Shown here one piece after another: positions 38,337 to 47,838 of a stretch of 64,000 bases of DNA. Origin of the DNA: a virus. Taxonomy: Duplodnaviria; Heunggongvirae; Uroviricota; Caudoviricetes. Location of the stretch: the IMG/VR virus record IMGVR_UViG_3300025122_006001, one strand, 5' to 3'. The notes beneath the pieces were generated by a model. The model had not been told where the DNA came from, ran no database searches, and was given only the letters and a program-made list of their open reading frames with translations. Both the position numbers and the translations under genes were made by a program. Each line of letters opens with the position of its first letter. Position 1 is the stretch's first letter.

Positions 38337-39113
38337 TTAAATTGTCAAACTTACTGGTTGAGACGGAGTGCCGGTGCCCAAAGATGTGCTTATGGCACTA
38401 ATACTATGAGAAATAAAATCTCCAAGCTTAGCAAGAGTTTTCGCATCAGCTTTTTTCACCTCAATGAACTGAGTTAAACCCGCTTCATCTTTAAACCGGC
38501 TTAAATCATCGCTCACTATCGTGTCTTCGATATTCACTCCAATAAGGATTGTAATCAACGATTCAAGAGGAGCGTCTTCGTCCGTCATTGCTTTTTGCAA
38601 TGACTCACACACCTCTCCAATCCCTGATTGCGATCTGTTCTCCCGTCCATCAGTGAGGATATAGATCACAGCATTCACAGTGAAATCGTTTTCATCCAGC
38701 TGCCTGGCCCAGTCACTAGTGGCAGCAACAGAATTTTCCACGCCGTCATAAAGTGGCGTAAAAACGCCTAAATTAATACAACCGTCATAATCGTCATCTC
38801 CAATCTGGCTTAATAGCTTAAATCCATGAATTTCATGAATATCCTTAATCCTGCTACTTTGATTTTGAGTGCCAAATTGAACAAGCCGAATCATTAAATT
38901 GTCACTACGAGGATGTTTCTTGCATGCCTCAACAATTTTAGCAAGAGTAGCCTCTAGATCATCTTTGAAAGTTGAAACACTGTGGCTTGCATCGCACACA
39001 ATAGTTACAAGCGTATATTCTGATGCTCCAAGATCTTCCATCTTAGCGGCAGAATATCCATAATTACCTGTAGGCGAAGCATGTTGTTCGGTGTCGCTTC
39101 CAATAACTGGCAT
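38337..39113 (-). CDS. von Willebrand factor A (TerY-like) domain protein
   Basis: MIDAS DxSxS in TLVTIVCDASHSVST; ILTDG; 258 aa. Confidence 0.7.
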   Translation of the reverse strand: MPVIGSDTEQHASPTGNYGYSAAKMEDLGASEYTLVTIVCDASHSVSTFKDDLEATLAKIVEACKKHPRSDNLMIRLVQFGTQNQSSRIKDIHEIHGFKLLSQIGDDDYDGCINLGVFTPLYDGVENSVAATSDWARQLDENDFTVNAVIYILTDGRENRSQSGIGEVCESLQKAMTDEDAPLESLITILIGVNIEDTIVSDDLSRFKDEAGLTQFIEVKKADAKTLAKLGDFISHSISAISTSLGTGTPSQPVSLTI

Positions 39114-39131
39114 GATTACATCTCCTTTAAA

Positions 39132-39533
39132 TTAAAGACCTTTTGAATCTGCTTCCGTCAACGCAGAAACAGAATAGCCACGATTGGCGATAAGAAAATC
39201 ATCTTTCCACTCCCATTCGTCCATCACTAGCTGTCTAAAATCAGCTGCCGTTAATACAATATGCTCATCAGTAGATATGTCTAGCATTTGAATAACGGTG
39301 TCATATGCTTCCGTGTGATCCGAAGGTGGATGTAAACTAAAATGTAGAGAAACAAGCCTTCCTGCCTTCAGCTCTTTAATCTTTGCCAAAAGCGCTTTTT
39401 GAGCTTTATCAAGATATCCTTTTCTCGATTCTTTAACAATTGCAGCATGTGATGCACGATTTGCTCGTAGCTTTTTCAACAAAACACCTTTAGGAATAGT
39501 AGATTGTACACTAAAATTATGTATTGTTCGCAT
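39132..39533 (-). CDS. hypothetical protein (133 aa)
   Basis: ORF track entry; co-oriented and tightly packed within the operon. Confidence 0.35.
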   Translation of the reverse strand: MRTIHNFSVQSTIPKGVLLKKLRANRASHAAIVKESRKGYLDKAQKALLAKIKELKAGRLVSLHFSLHPPSDHTEAYDTVIQMLDISTDEHIVLTAADFRQLVMDEWEWKDDFLIANRGYSVSALTEADSKGL

Positions 39534-40402
39534 TAGATTTTCCTCGGGTCAAACTTGTCAGTTGTTGTAGTTTGCATCTGACGACCAACCATCTCATGAA
39601 TAAATTCATCTTGTTGTGTTTCAAATCCAGGAACAGGACTTGTTGCGTCTTCAATTAACATCAACTTTTTAACATAATCGTCACCAAATTCCTCAGCAAT
39701 ATCTCTCACAGTATTAGCCAAGCAATGAGACCCAGCTTCGCCCGCACAAAGAATCAAATCAGCTTCTTTCAAAGTTTCAATAAGCCCTGTATTAATCTGC
39801 GTGGACAAGTCCTTCGGATCAGGAACCTCTGCTTTTACCGCACTGTAATGTTCGGTGAACGGGTTGCTACCTTTCGTGACATAATCAACGATCGCACCTG
39901 CTTTTTCTTGTTCCCACATAGACACGGCCGCAAACAAATCGGCAACAATATTCATCCCCGGAGAGCCGATAAGACAATGTTCAGGCCAAATACAAAGAGG
40001 ATAGCGAGCACTTGCTTCAAGAGCCCTTACGTAGCTTAACATTTTATCACGAAGAGAACGCACAGAAGGAGTCCAAATGCCTCGTTCTACATCATCTGCG
40101 GAAATAATCGTAAATGGATCTGGGTGCTTGTTGCTAACATTTCTCCAGAAAGGAGGGTGTGCGACATCAAACGAATGATGGGCATCCTGTGTAATATGAA
40201 TATCCCGAATATGGGACAAAATACGCTTTACCATCTTAGCCAGCCGACTCATATCCTTGTCGGCATCTTTCACGGACAGCGCTCCATCTGGTTTGCAGAA
40301 ATCATCTTCGGGGTCGATAATAAGCAATTTGATTCTAGGGGCCATGGCGTATCTCCTTAAATATTGTTGCTGATCCGAACCTTTCGGATCGTCTTTCAAC
40401 AA
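39533..40402 (-). CDS. isochorismatase-family hydrolase, nicotinamidase (PncA)-like
   Basis: LLIIDPEDDFC (Asp of the catalytic triad), conserved Lys, and nucleophile Cys in LILCAGEAGSHCLANTVRD (cf. PncA vCGlAtDyCV); 289 aa, longer than a typical PncA. Confidence 0.5.
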   Translation of the reverse strand: MLKDDPKGSDQQQYLRRYAMAPRIKLLIIDPEDDFCKPDGALSVKDADKDMSRLAKMVKRILSHIRDIHITQDAHHSFDVAHPPFWRNVSNKHPDPFTIISADDVERGIWTPSVRSLRDKMLSYVRALEASARYPLCIWPEHCLIGSPGMNIVADLFAAVSMWEQEKAGAIVDYVTKGSNPFTEHYSAVKAEVPDPKDLSTQINTGLIETLKEADLILCAGEAGSHCLANTVRDIAEEFGDDYVKKLMLIEDATSPVPGFETQQDEFIHEMVGRQMQTTTTDKFDPRKI

Positions 40403-40404
40403 TA

Positions 40405-40842
40405 TTATACGCCGTCCTCAGAACTGCTGGAGAGATACCCTATCTTTTGAAGAAGTGCGATTTTTTCAAATAATTTATTTAATTTTAAATCTAGTGCCGC
40501 TATTTTTTTTGCATGTTTTGAAAAAAAAGATTTAAAATTACCAAAATGTCGTGCAGCTTTTTTAGGATTACTATTAATATTTCTTTCGATCAAACCAATC
40601 ATCCAAAACCCAACCAAACAATCTCTGTCAATTTCATCTAATTTAAAATAAATTGCTTCGTGATCTTCTCCTAATAAAAGATTTGGACAAAGCTGCACTT
40701 GCTTTGCTTGCATTGCACGCTCATAGAGACTTTTGACAGAAGCAATTTGCTTGCGATAAAAGTCAAAATGCTTTTTCGCCTTCTCAATGCTAGCGTATAG
40801 CTTTAATAGTTCTGAATTCATATTAGTTACCGCTTTCCGCAC
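40405..40842 (-). CDS. hypothetical protein (145 aa)
   Basis: ORF track entry. Confidence 0.3.
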   Translation of the reverse strand: MRKAVTNMNSELLKLYASIEKAKKHFDFYRKQIASVKSLYERAMQAKQVQLCPNLLLGEDHEAIYFKLDEIDRDCLVGFWMIGLIERNINSNPKKAARHFGNFKSFFSKHAKKIAALDLKLNKLFEKIALLQKIGYLSSSSEDGV

Positions 40843-41209
40843 TTGGTGGGCTTACTGGTTTATTAGCATTTTTGCACAATGTATTAACTTTATCTGCCCA
40901 CTGCTTACTAAATCTCGCTATTTCAAATAGCATCTTTTCGTTTGCCATTCTTTTACCCACCGGCGAATTATAAAAATCTAGTATTTCTTGCAGATCATCA
41001 TCAGACAAATACTTCACATATATATCTATAATGCTCTTAACATAGTGCTCAAATCCAAGCGTGTCGCGTATATCTTTAAATTCGTCATCTGGAATATGAT
41101 ATCGAAGATATAAAACTTGTAAAGTCGCTCTCACTGCGGTAGCATAGGCGTCCCACTCGTTCGTGGTCTTCAACAGTTGCTCAACAAGATATCTTCGCTT
41201 TTCGCTCAT
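40823..41209 (-). CDS. hypothetical protein (128 aa)
   Basis: ORF track entry. Confidence 0.3.
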   Translation of the reverse strand: MSEKRRYLVEQLLKTTNEWDAYATAVRATLQVLYLRYHIPDDEFKDIRDTLGFEHYVKSIIDIYVKYLSDDDLQEILDFYNSPVGKRMANEKMLFEIARFSKQWADKVNTLCKNANKPVSPPSAESGN

Positions 41210-41577
41210 GAACCTGGAACAATAATACCCTGAGCCTCAGATTCAGAAACAGGGCGAACTTTACTTTGCTCTGCTTTTAATGTTGCATGTACTTGTTTAA
41301 TAAAATCAGGAGCAAGTTCATTAAATTTCACAAAAGCTTCATTAACAGAATTAACATCTTCAATGGGAAAAGAAATATCACGAATGGCATCAATAAGCTG
41401 AATTTGCAGAACTCCCATATAAACTACTTCATCTTCCGAAAAACTCATTTGTTCTTCTAGATTTTCACTGTCTTTAAACTCAGTTTCTGCCTCTCCTATT
41501 TTTGTGTATACTTCTATTTTTCTACCATCATCAGCTTGATAATCTTCTACTTTTCTAATGGGAACATTTATTTTCAT
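41206..41577 (-). CDS. hypothetical acidic protein (123 aa)
   Basis: ORF track entry. Confidence 0.3.
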   Translation of the reverse strand: MKINVPIRKVEDYQADDGRKIEVYTKIGEAETEFKDSENLEEQMSFSEDEVVYMGVLQIQLIDAIRDISFPIEDVNSVNEAFVKFNELAPDFIKQVHATLKAEQSKVRPVSESEAQGIIVPGS

Positions 41578-41953
41578 GTAAATCTCCTAATAAATCGGTA
41601 AAACATGTTATTGGTCTCGTGGACTTTCTATAGTGTTTATCGTCTCCCAAATATTTGAACCCGCTACCACATAATAAGAAAGATTCAAGAATCTTCCACA
41701 TGTCTTTATTATATCCAGGCATACCCACATCTCTCGTCCACAAGAAATGAAAAATCTCGCTCAGCTCACTTTTAGTTATAGTTTCTGGATGAAATGATAA
41801 AAATTTTAGCCTAGACTCATGAATAGACATCTTCATAATGTCTATTCTATATTCTGATTTGCCACTTATTTTGTTATCCATAATTTGTCTTATTTTCGCA
41901 TCTCCAAGCTCGTTATGCTTAATAATGCTATCCATTGAACCACCCCACCACAA
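41555..41953 (-). CDS. hypothetical protein (132 aa)
   Basis: ORF track entry. Confidence 0.3.
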   Translation of the reverse strand: MWWGGSMDSIIKHNELGDAKIRQIMDNKISGKSEYRIDIMKMSIHESRLKFLSFHPETITKSELSEIFHFLWTRDVGMPGYNKDMWKILESFLLCGSGFKYLGDDKHYRKSTRPITCFTDLLGDLHENKCSH

Positions 41954-41978
41954 GGGTGGGGGAATTCTGGCACTCTCT

Positions 41979-42278
41979 TTAAAGCCGGATCAATAACTCG
42001 CCCGGATTATGTACTGGGTTTAAAATAATAGGAAAGCCACCATAAAGAGATTCTTTGGGGCAGAGCCTTTTATATCCATATTCTTCTATCAAAATTTCAA
42101 CAAGCTCATAGACAATTTCTAACCATCCTATGGGAGAGATTGTGCCCTTTTCTTTTTCTAAAAGCCGTTGAGCAGCCTTAGGCATAAGTGAATTACAAAA
42201 GTCCTGCCAGTTAATAATCTCATCCCCCTCTAAAATAGTAGGATCGTACTCCTGACTACAGCTTACTAAGTAAATCAT
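41979..42278 (-). CDS. hypothetical protein (99 aa)
   Basis: ORF track entry. Confidence 0.3.
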   Translation of the reverse strand: MIYLVSCSQEYDPTILEGDEIINWQDFCNSLMPKAAQRLLEKEKGTISPIGWLEIVYELVEILIEEYGYKRLCPKESLYGGFPIILNPVHNPGELLIRL

Positions 42279-42280
42279 AA

Positions 42281-42371
42281 AGGAGAGCAGGAGAATCGAA
42301 CTCCAAGCCGCCGAAGCGGCTCCTCTCGATTAGCAGTCGAGGCCAGAACCAGTTTCTCTGGATTACTCTCC
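42281..42371 (-). tRNA. tRNA-Ser (GCU), class II
   Basis: Acceptor GGAGAGT/GCTCTCC; anticodon stem CTCGA/TCGAG with loop C-U-GCU-A-A; long variable arm; T loop TTCGATT; 91 nt. Confidence 0.7.
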
Positions 42372-43118
42372 ATTTTTATCTTCTTTAAATTTTTCATCCA
42401 ACTCTTTAAACACATCTTCCATTGGAATAAGTTCAGCATGTCCTTCTTTTACTTCGTCAACCCTTCCGCAAATCTCCTCTCTTGTCGCATCTCTTTTTTC
42501 AGGTAAACCATAAAAAGTTACTTCATCTAATATAGCCTCAATAACATCTCGTAAACGAAAATTTCTACGCACTTCTCCCAAATCGCTGTGAGAACTCTTG
42601 CGATCATCATAACGACAATCATCCTTATAAATATGAAACTTTTTCTCCAAAACCAGTGGTATGTGTTTTAGTTGCCACAAAGGAGTAAAATCAATACCCC
42701 AACTAATCATTTCTCCCTTTTTCATTCCCGCACCATCTTCAAGAGCTGGCCCTCTTCCAGAAAAATCAGTATAAAACTCCATTAGTGGAGTCTCTTCCTG
42801 TTTAAAGAGCCACCAAATTTCACAAACCCATTTAACCCTTACTGATGTTAGATCTTGGCTGCCATCATCCTCTCCATCGCTGTCCATATCATCTAAATAT
42901 GCCCCAAGAGGATGCCCTCCCAATTCTTCATGAAAGAAAACTTGATAAAGTTCAAGAGCAGCTTTCAGCAAATTCATGAACCTGCCAAAAGTCACTCCTT
43001 CCTCAATTTCAACAGTATCTCCCAAATAATAAGGGAGATTTTCATCTTCGATCCATTCATCTTTTCGATCTTTATCGTCAAAAGAACGGATGATTTTGTC
43101 AGGATATATTGTTATCAT
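42363..43118 (-). CDS. hypothetical acidic protein (251 aa)
   Basis: ORF track entry. Confidence 0.35.
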   Translation of the reverse strand: MITIYPDKIIRSFDDKDRKDEWIEDENLPYYLGDTVEIEEGVTFGRFMNLLKAALELYQVFFHEELGGHPLGAYLDDMDSDGEDDGSQDLTSVRVKWVCEIWWLFKQEETPLMEFYTDFSGRGPALEDGAGMKKGEMISWGIDFTPLWQLKHIPLVLEKKFHIYKDDCRYDDRKSSHSDLGEVRRNFRLRDVIEAILDEVTFYGLPEKRDATREEICGRVDEVKEGHAELIPMEDVFKELDEKFKEDKNGE

Positions 43119-43233
43119 TGTAAATATTTTTTCTGAATCTCTTCTAGTCGCTCTTGCTGTCGCTTAACAATAAAAACCCTACCAATCACGTCTCTGTTCT
43201 GAGCTGCTGGAATCAAACGCGTCAAGTAATTTT

Positions 43234-43671
43234 TTAACCAAAAGAATATCCAAATGCCTCGATGTCTGCTGCAAAATGCTCTCTTGTCATTTCTGTCGAT
43301 TCCTCATCATAGTGAGTCCTCCAATCGACATCCCGCATTATTCGGTTTCGATGAGGAAGAACACCTGAATCAAGATTTAATGTTTTTGCAACATAACGCC
43401 AGTCTTCATCTAAATTTTCGAAACGAATTATTACATCAACAAGAATATTATCGTTTTCGTCTGTAATCCAATTAAAACAAGAATTATACCATAAATAATG
43501 AAGCCTTCTAGAATCTTTATTCGTTAAGAATGTTTGCAAATACTCCTTAAAACATTTGCCTTCGACTGTTGAGTGCCCTCTTTTGCGATTATATAAATAA
43601 TTGGATAATATCCTTGTCCACGGATTTCTGACAACTGCAAACGAAAGATACTCAATATCAAGTATGACCAA
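43234..43671 (-). CDS. sulfotransferase-family-like protein (possibly truncated)
   Basis: VRNPWTRILSNY resembles the sulfotransferase RNPWDRxxS motif. Confidence 0.35.
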   Translation of the reverse strand: MVILDIEYLSFAVVRNPWTRILSNYLYNRKRGHSTVEGKCFKEYLQTFLTNKDSRRLHYLWYNSCFNWITDENDNILVDVIIRFENLDEDWRYVAKTLNLDSGVLPHRNRIMRDVDWRTHYDEESTEMTREHFAADIEAFGYSFG

Positions 43672-43679
43672 TTTCTGAA

Positions 43680-44357
43680 CTAATTTGAATCTCCTTCCAA
43701 TGTTAATCGTTTCACTTCAATGTTAGAAAAACCCATTTTTTTTAACGCTTTTTGAGTTGCTCTATTCCTAACCCAAATTCTTTGAGCGTTTCGTAAATCC
43801 ATTTCCGGAGCAACTGCCATTACTGAGCATGGAAAATCACCAAGGGATTTCTTTAACCATTTTCCTCTTGTCCATGATTTCTTAAGTATAATTTTTGTCC
43901 AATGTTTTGTAACTTCTTCATCAATTGTATTAAATACCATTGGCCAATAAGCACCATCTATGTATACAGCATTTTCTATATCAGCAAACGAAAAAAGCAC
44001 TTCATTAGGAAAATCGCCTTTTTGGCGATATGTATTTCCATTTCTACTTTGCGAAATTAATTTTCGCCATTGATCGGCATATCCTGTTGATCGAATGTCA
44101 TCATCCTGTGTTCCTACGGCAAAAAATAATGGATAAAAACCAACTCTTTTTTTTAACCACAAATTAGCACGAATGTCTAAATCAATAATTTGAAGATCAA
44201 TCGGATCTTTTGTCTCTCCATATTTTAACGTAGTATGTCTTCTAGACGGTTTTATTTTACCAAATTTAACTGCCTCAAAAGGAAAACAATGATGATAAAG
44301 CAGCATACTCATATAATAATCGGTATTTTCTTCTGGAGAATTATTATTCAATCCCAA
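43680..44357 (-). CDS. hypothetical protein (225 aa)
   Basis: ORF track entry. Confidence 0.35.
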   Translation of the reverse strand: MGLNNNSPEENTDYYMSMLLYHHCFPFEAVKFGKIKPSRRHTTLKYGETKDPIDLQIIDLDIRANLWLKKRVGFYPLFFAVGTQDDDIRSTGYADQWRKLISQSRNGNTYRQKGDFPNEVLFSFADIENAVYIDGAYWPMVFNTIDEEVTKHWTKIILKKSWTRGKWLKKSLGDFPCSVMAVAPEMDLRNAQRIWVRNRATQKALKKMGFSNIEVKRLTLEGDSN

Positions 44358-44440
44358 AGAAGGACTTTATCCACATATACTGTAATAACTAAATTAGAAA
44401 CTTTATTATTCCAAATAAGAAAAATAAGATTGAATCATAC

Positions 44441-45700
44441 CTACTCAAAATCAGTCAACTTAAAAACATGGCTACCCCTAGGAATACAATCCAGCCTATG
44501 GCGTTCAGTTAAAAACCAATACCACCGCTTTGCATCCTGTACTGTAAATGGAGATGAAATCCCATCTGAAAGTACAAATACACCTTCTGGATATTTCTTT
44601 ATTTCTTTTTTCTTTAAATCTTCTTGAATATACTGCTCCATAATATCAAAACGAGTTCCTCCGAACCCATAAAGCCTCCGTTTTTTCAAACTAACTTTAT
44701 ATACCCTCGTATCAAAGCAAAATAAATAAATATTAAACTTTTTAGAAGAAAGAGACTCGGCAGCATGAAAAAAACGTGCTGCAAACGAAGCACATGAGCC
44801 AGAACTATCCATAAAAAAGTAGACATTCGCCTTCCCTTTTTCTGGCTTATTTTCTACTTCAATATCTGTTGGCAAAATAACGTCTTCAGGCAATTCGACA
44901 ATTCTGCGATTTAAACGAATCCAGTGCTCAAAAACATCGGAGTCTGTACGTGTAAACTTCTGGCTCCATCTTTTTATTACCGTTTCCCATTTAGGCTTCT
45001 TTTTTACTTGCTTCTTCCCTACAAAGTGCCAAGAACTTCCAGCTTCTGTTCTCGCTTTCTCGTCATCTGCATTTTCTTCTGGTTTCTCAAAATACTTTTC
45101 TACTATATTCTTTATTGACTCTTTTTCATCATCTGTCAAACTGTCATTTAACTTGTCAATTGCTTCTGCTGCTTCTGAGCCATCTAGGTGGTCATGAGAA
45201 TCAACAAGAGTAACGTTTGGCCCATCAACTGTATCTATCTGGTTAAAATAATATTCAAAGCTACGATTAGACTGCACTTCCTTATGAGGGAACACTGTAT
45301 CCAACCAACAAAAAATATTACTCTCGTCAACCTCTTTGCGATGAAACCCATATTTATCTAGCAAAATATGATTAACAACTACATCAAGAGCTATATTACA
45401 AACTTTGCGCACCTTGGTGTCTTTCATACGAATGCCATGATTTAAAATAACATGCAAACATTCATGACACACAACAAAAGCACGCTTTATTTCACTGATG
45501 TTATCCCAAAACGTAGGATTAAAGAGAAAATTAATACAATTACCTTGCTTATCAAATTGCACAGCTGCCGTAGGGATACGAGAATCAAAAACAGGTTTGC
45601 CCAATTCCCACAACTTATAAAAAACAGAATGATACTGTTCTAATTGTCTGCTAACAGCAAAAAATTCATCGGCAGATAAAGAAGATCGCTCTGCTACCAT
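44441..45700 (-). CDS. zincin-like metallopeptidase (HExxH) + vWA domain protein (DUF2201-like architecture)
   Basis: VVCHECLHVILNH (HExxH) near the N-terminus; C-terminal MIDAS VYFFMDSSGSCASF. Confidence 0.55.
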   Translation of the reverse strand: MVAERSSLSADEFFAVSRQLEQYHSVFYKLWELGKPVFDSRIPTAAVQFDKQGNCINFLFNPTFWDNISEIKRAFVVCHECLHVILNHGIRMKDTKVRKVCNIALDVVVNHILLDKYGFHRKEVDESNIFCWLDTVFPHKEVQSNRSFEYYFNQIDTVDGPNVTLVDSHDHLDGSEAAEAIDKLNDSLTDDEKESIKNIVEKYFEKPEENADDEKARTEAGSSWHFVGKKQVKKKPKWETVIKRWSQKFTRTDSDVFEHWIRLNRRIVELPEDVILPTDIEVENKPEKGKANVYFFMDSSGSCASFAARFFHAAESLSSKKFNIYLFCFDTRVYKVSLKKRRLYGFGGTRFDIMEQYIQEDLKKKEIKKYPEGVFVLSDGISSPFTVQDAKRWYWFLTERHRLDCIPRGSHVFKLTDFE

Positions 45701-47214
45701 GGTAATTCTTGAAACGCCTCGCCCTCATCGCCCTTATCGCCTTCGGCGGTAAAAGCACTATCTACAAAACGCTGGATGTCATAAACCGATGGATCGTCGG
45801 GCAAACACCTGCGCTTGATAGCAGCAACAAACATGTTAATCTTTTGAGGTTGTAAGTTATTCTTAAAAAGCTGAATAATAACATGCGTCCGCATTTTACC
45901 GAACAGCGGATAGGCAACATAAAAATTTTGTTTTGAAGTAGCATTTAGAGATAAAGTCTGCAATATCATTGCCGCAGCAATCGCTGCCTCACGGGTCATA
46001 CGAGGAGGAAGAGTTTCTAATAAAAACTTATATATCTCATCTCCCCTGTGCGCTCTTGACTTATATGATGACGGCTTTTTGTAATCAACAATATCTTGAT
46101 TTTGTTCATCTGTTGCATCTGGAGCGTAATAAAATTCTATTTTGTTATCTTTTTTTTTATTATCTGCTTCTGCTATCTGTGCAATGCCTGTTCTTTTTAA
46201 TTCTCTTGTAATTTTTGTACCCAGTGCATCATGTTGATTTGCTTTAGCAATCTGCCGCACCACATCATAAAAATGTGACTCTTTACCAAGAGCCTTGATG
46301 TCCCCAAAAACAATTGGCTTTACTTTTACCCACTTATCACTAAGCAATGATGAAATTCTTTCTTCTTCCATTGCTGGTAAGAAAAACTTAAGAAACTTTG
46401 GACTCTCAAGTATTGCTTGTATAGCATAAGTATAATTATTAGGATCAGACAAAAAGAATTTAGCTGCTCCAACATCACCGTCATCTATCATCTCTTGTAG
46501 TTTCTGTTTAGCTGGTCCAATACCTAATAATGACTTTAATCTTGCAGCATTAGCTTTTTCTGGTAAAACATCTACAATGTCCCCATTCTCATTGAACACT
46601 TGCAAAGCATAATCTAAACGACGAGGGGAAACAACATCTTTAATTTTATCAGGCAAATCATTCCACCACTGAATAGCAGCTTTGGCCATCTTATTGCCAT
46701 ACTTCCCTACAAAATAATCATCGCTACATTTATAGGGGATTTGCACTTGAATCATAAAGCGATCTTTTTGGGCAGGGTCTAATCGCTCAACATCATAGAC
46801 CTGATCTTCATCTCCTTCTATGTATGGATTGATTGCAACCCAAATAACTCTTAACTTGCCAAACTTACGGCCGTTGATAGACTGAAACTGTATTAGTTCA
46901 AGTAAAGCATTTCTGACCTTCTTCGGAGCTCGATTATACTCATCTAGCATAATCGCTTCTGTTTCTTCTGGTTTCATATGTTCCGGCAAAATTAACTTAA
47001 TAGAGCTTTCACCATCAGGATGATCTATTTTAACCGGAACACCACAAAAATCAATAAATGGATCTAATGTAGATCCGGAGAAATAAGCAAACTTTAAGTT
47101 CGCTTCTCGGAATGCTTCTAAGGTAATAGCAGTTTTTCCGCATCCTGCCCTTCCCTCTAATAAGACAGTATATCCCTTTTCTATCCAGAATAATCTCTTT
47201 TTAAGCGGGATCAT
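45694..47214 (-). CDS. MoxR/CobS-like AAA+ ATPase
   Basis: Walker A LLEGRAGCGKTA, Walker B IMLDEYNRA, then LLELIQ..RVIWVAINP..DRFMIQV: the MoxR-family signature (NP..DRF). Confidence 0.65.
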   Translation of the reverse strand: MIPLKKRLFWIEKGYTVLLEGRAGCGKTAITLEAFREANLKFAYFSGSTLDPFIDFCGVPVKIDHPDGESSIKLILPEHMKPEETEAIMLDEYNRAPKKVRNALLELIQFQSINGRKFGKLRVIWVAINPYIEGDEDQVYDVERLDPAQKDRFMIQVQIPYKCSDDYFVGKYGNKMAKAAIQWWNDLPDKIKDVVSPRRLDYALQVFNENGDIVDVLPEKANAARLKSLLGIGPAKQKLQEMIDDGDVGAAKFFLSDPNNYTYAIQAILESPKFLKFFLPAMEEERISSLLSDKWVKVKPIVFGDIKALGKESHFYDVVRQIAKANQHDALGTKITRELKRTGIAQIAEADNKKKDNKIEFYYAPDATDEQNQDIVDYKKPSSYKSRAHRGDEIYKFLLETLPPRMTREAAIAAAMILQTLSLNATSKQNFYVAYPLFGKMRTHVIIQLFKNNLQPQKINMFVAAIKRRCLPDDPSVYDIQRFVDSAFTAEGDKGDEGEAFQELPW

Positions 47215-47239
47215 AAGTACATTATATATTCAATTTTTC

Positions 47240-47275
47240 CACGAAAAACCCGCCACAAAGCAAGTCTGTGGCGGG
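47240..47275 (-). terminator. rho-independent terminator after def
   Basis: 9-bp perfect stem cccgccaca/tgtggcggg with a 9-nt loop; on the minus strand it is followed by TTTTTCGTG. Confidence 0.65.
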
Positions 47276-47294
47276 TTGGGAGATAGACAAAAGT

Positions 47295-47780
47295 TCATTT
47301 TTTAAAAACGCTTCTTAAATATTTTAATTGGCGGCTGTTTGCCATATCATCAATTGGAGACATCCTGTCAATAATTAAAATGCCTTCAAGATGATCATAT
47401 TCGTGTTGAATTATACGTGCTAATTCTCCATCTGCCATCAATGAAAAACTATTGCCATCTTCATCTAATGCCGACGCTTCTAATGTGTCACACCTCGCAA
47501 CGCCCACCTTCGCTCCTGGAATGCTTAAACAGCCTTCGTCCTTTAAAGACACACTTTTACTGAACTTTGTAATCTTCGGATTGATGAACACTTGCTTTTG
47601 TGCTATAAACAATCGCCACAACTTGCCAACCTGTGGAGCAGCAAGCCCCAGTCCATTACGAACCAATAATGCGTGTCTCATCTCCGAAATAAAACTACGC
47701 ACTTCATCATCAACGGTTTTAACATCGACGCTTTTATCTTTTAAAAACGGATCTGGATAACAGATAATATCCATAATCAA
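47295..47780 (-). CDS. def: peptide deformylase
   Basis: All three PDF motifs present: GLGLAAPQVG, EGCLSIPG, HEYDHLEG. Confidence 0.85.
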   Translation of the reverse strand: MIMDIICYPDPFLKDKSVDVKTVDDEVRSFISEMRHALLVRNGLGLAAPQVGKLWRLFIAQKQVFINPKITKFSKSVSLKDEGCLSIPGAKVGVARCDTLEASALDEDGNSFSLMADGELARIIQHEYDHLEGILIIDRMSPIDDMANSRQLKYLRSVFKK

Positions 47781-47838
47781 AAATCCGAGCCCCAGAAGTT
47801 ATTTCTAGGGCTCGGGCGTCTAACAAAGGAACCAACAA

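Noticed and set aside
44331-44340. TTCTCCAGAA copy inside the first codons of ORF 43680..44357
   Set aside because: It would be only 19 nt from the nearest downstream ATG, so it is ambiguous between a motif with an alternative start and chance.
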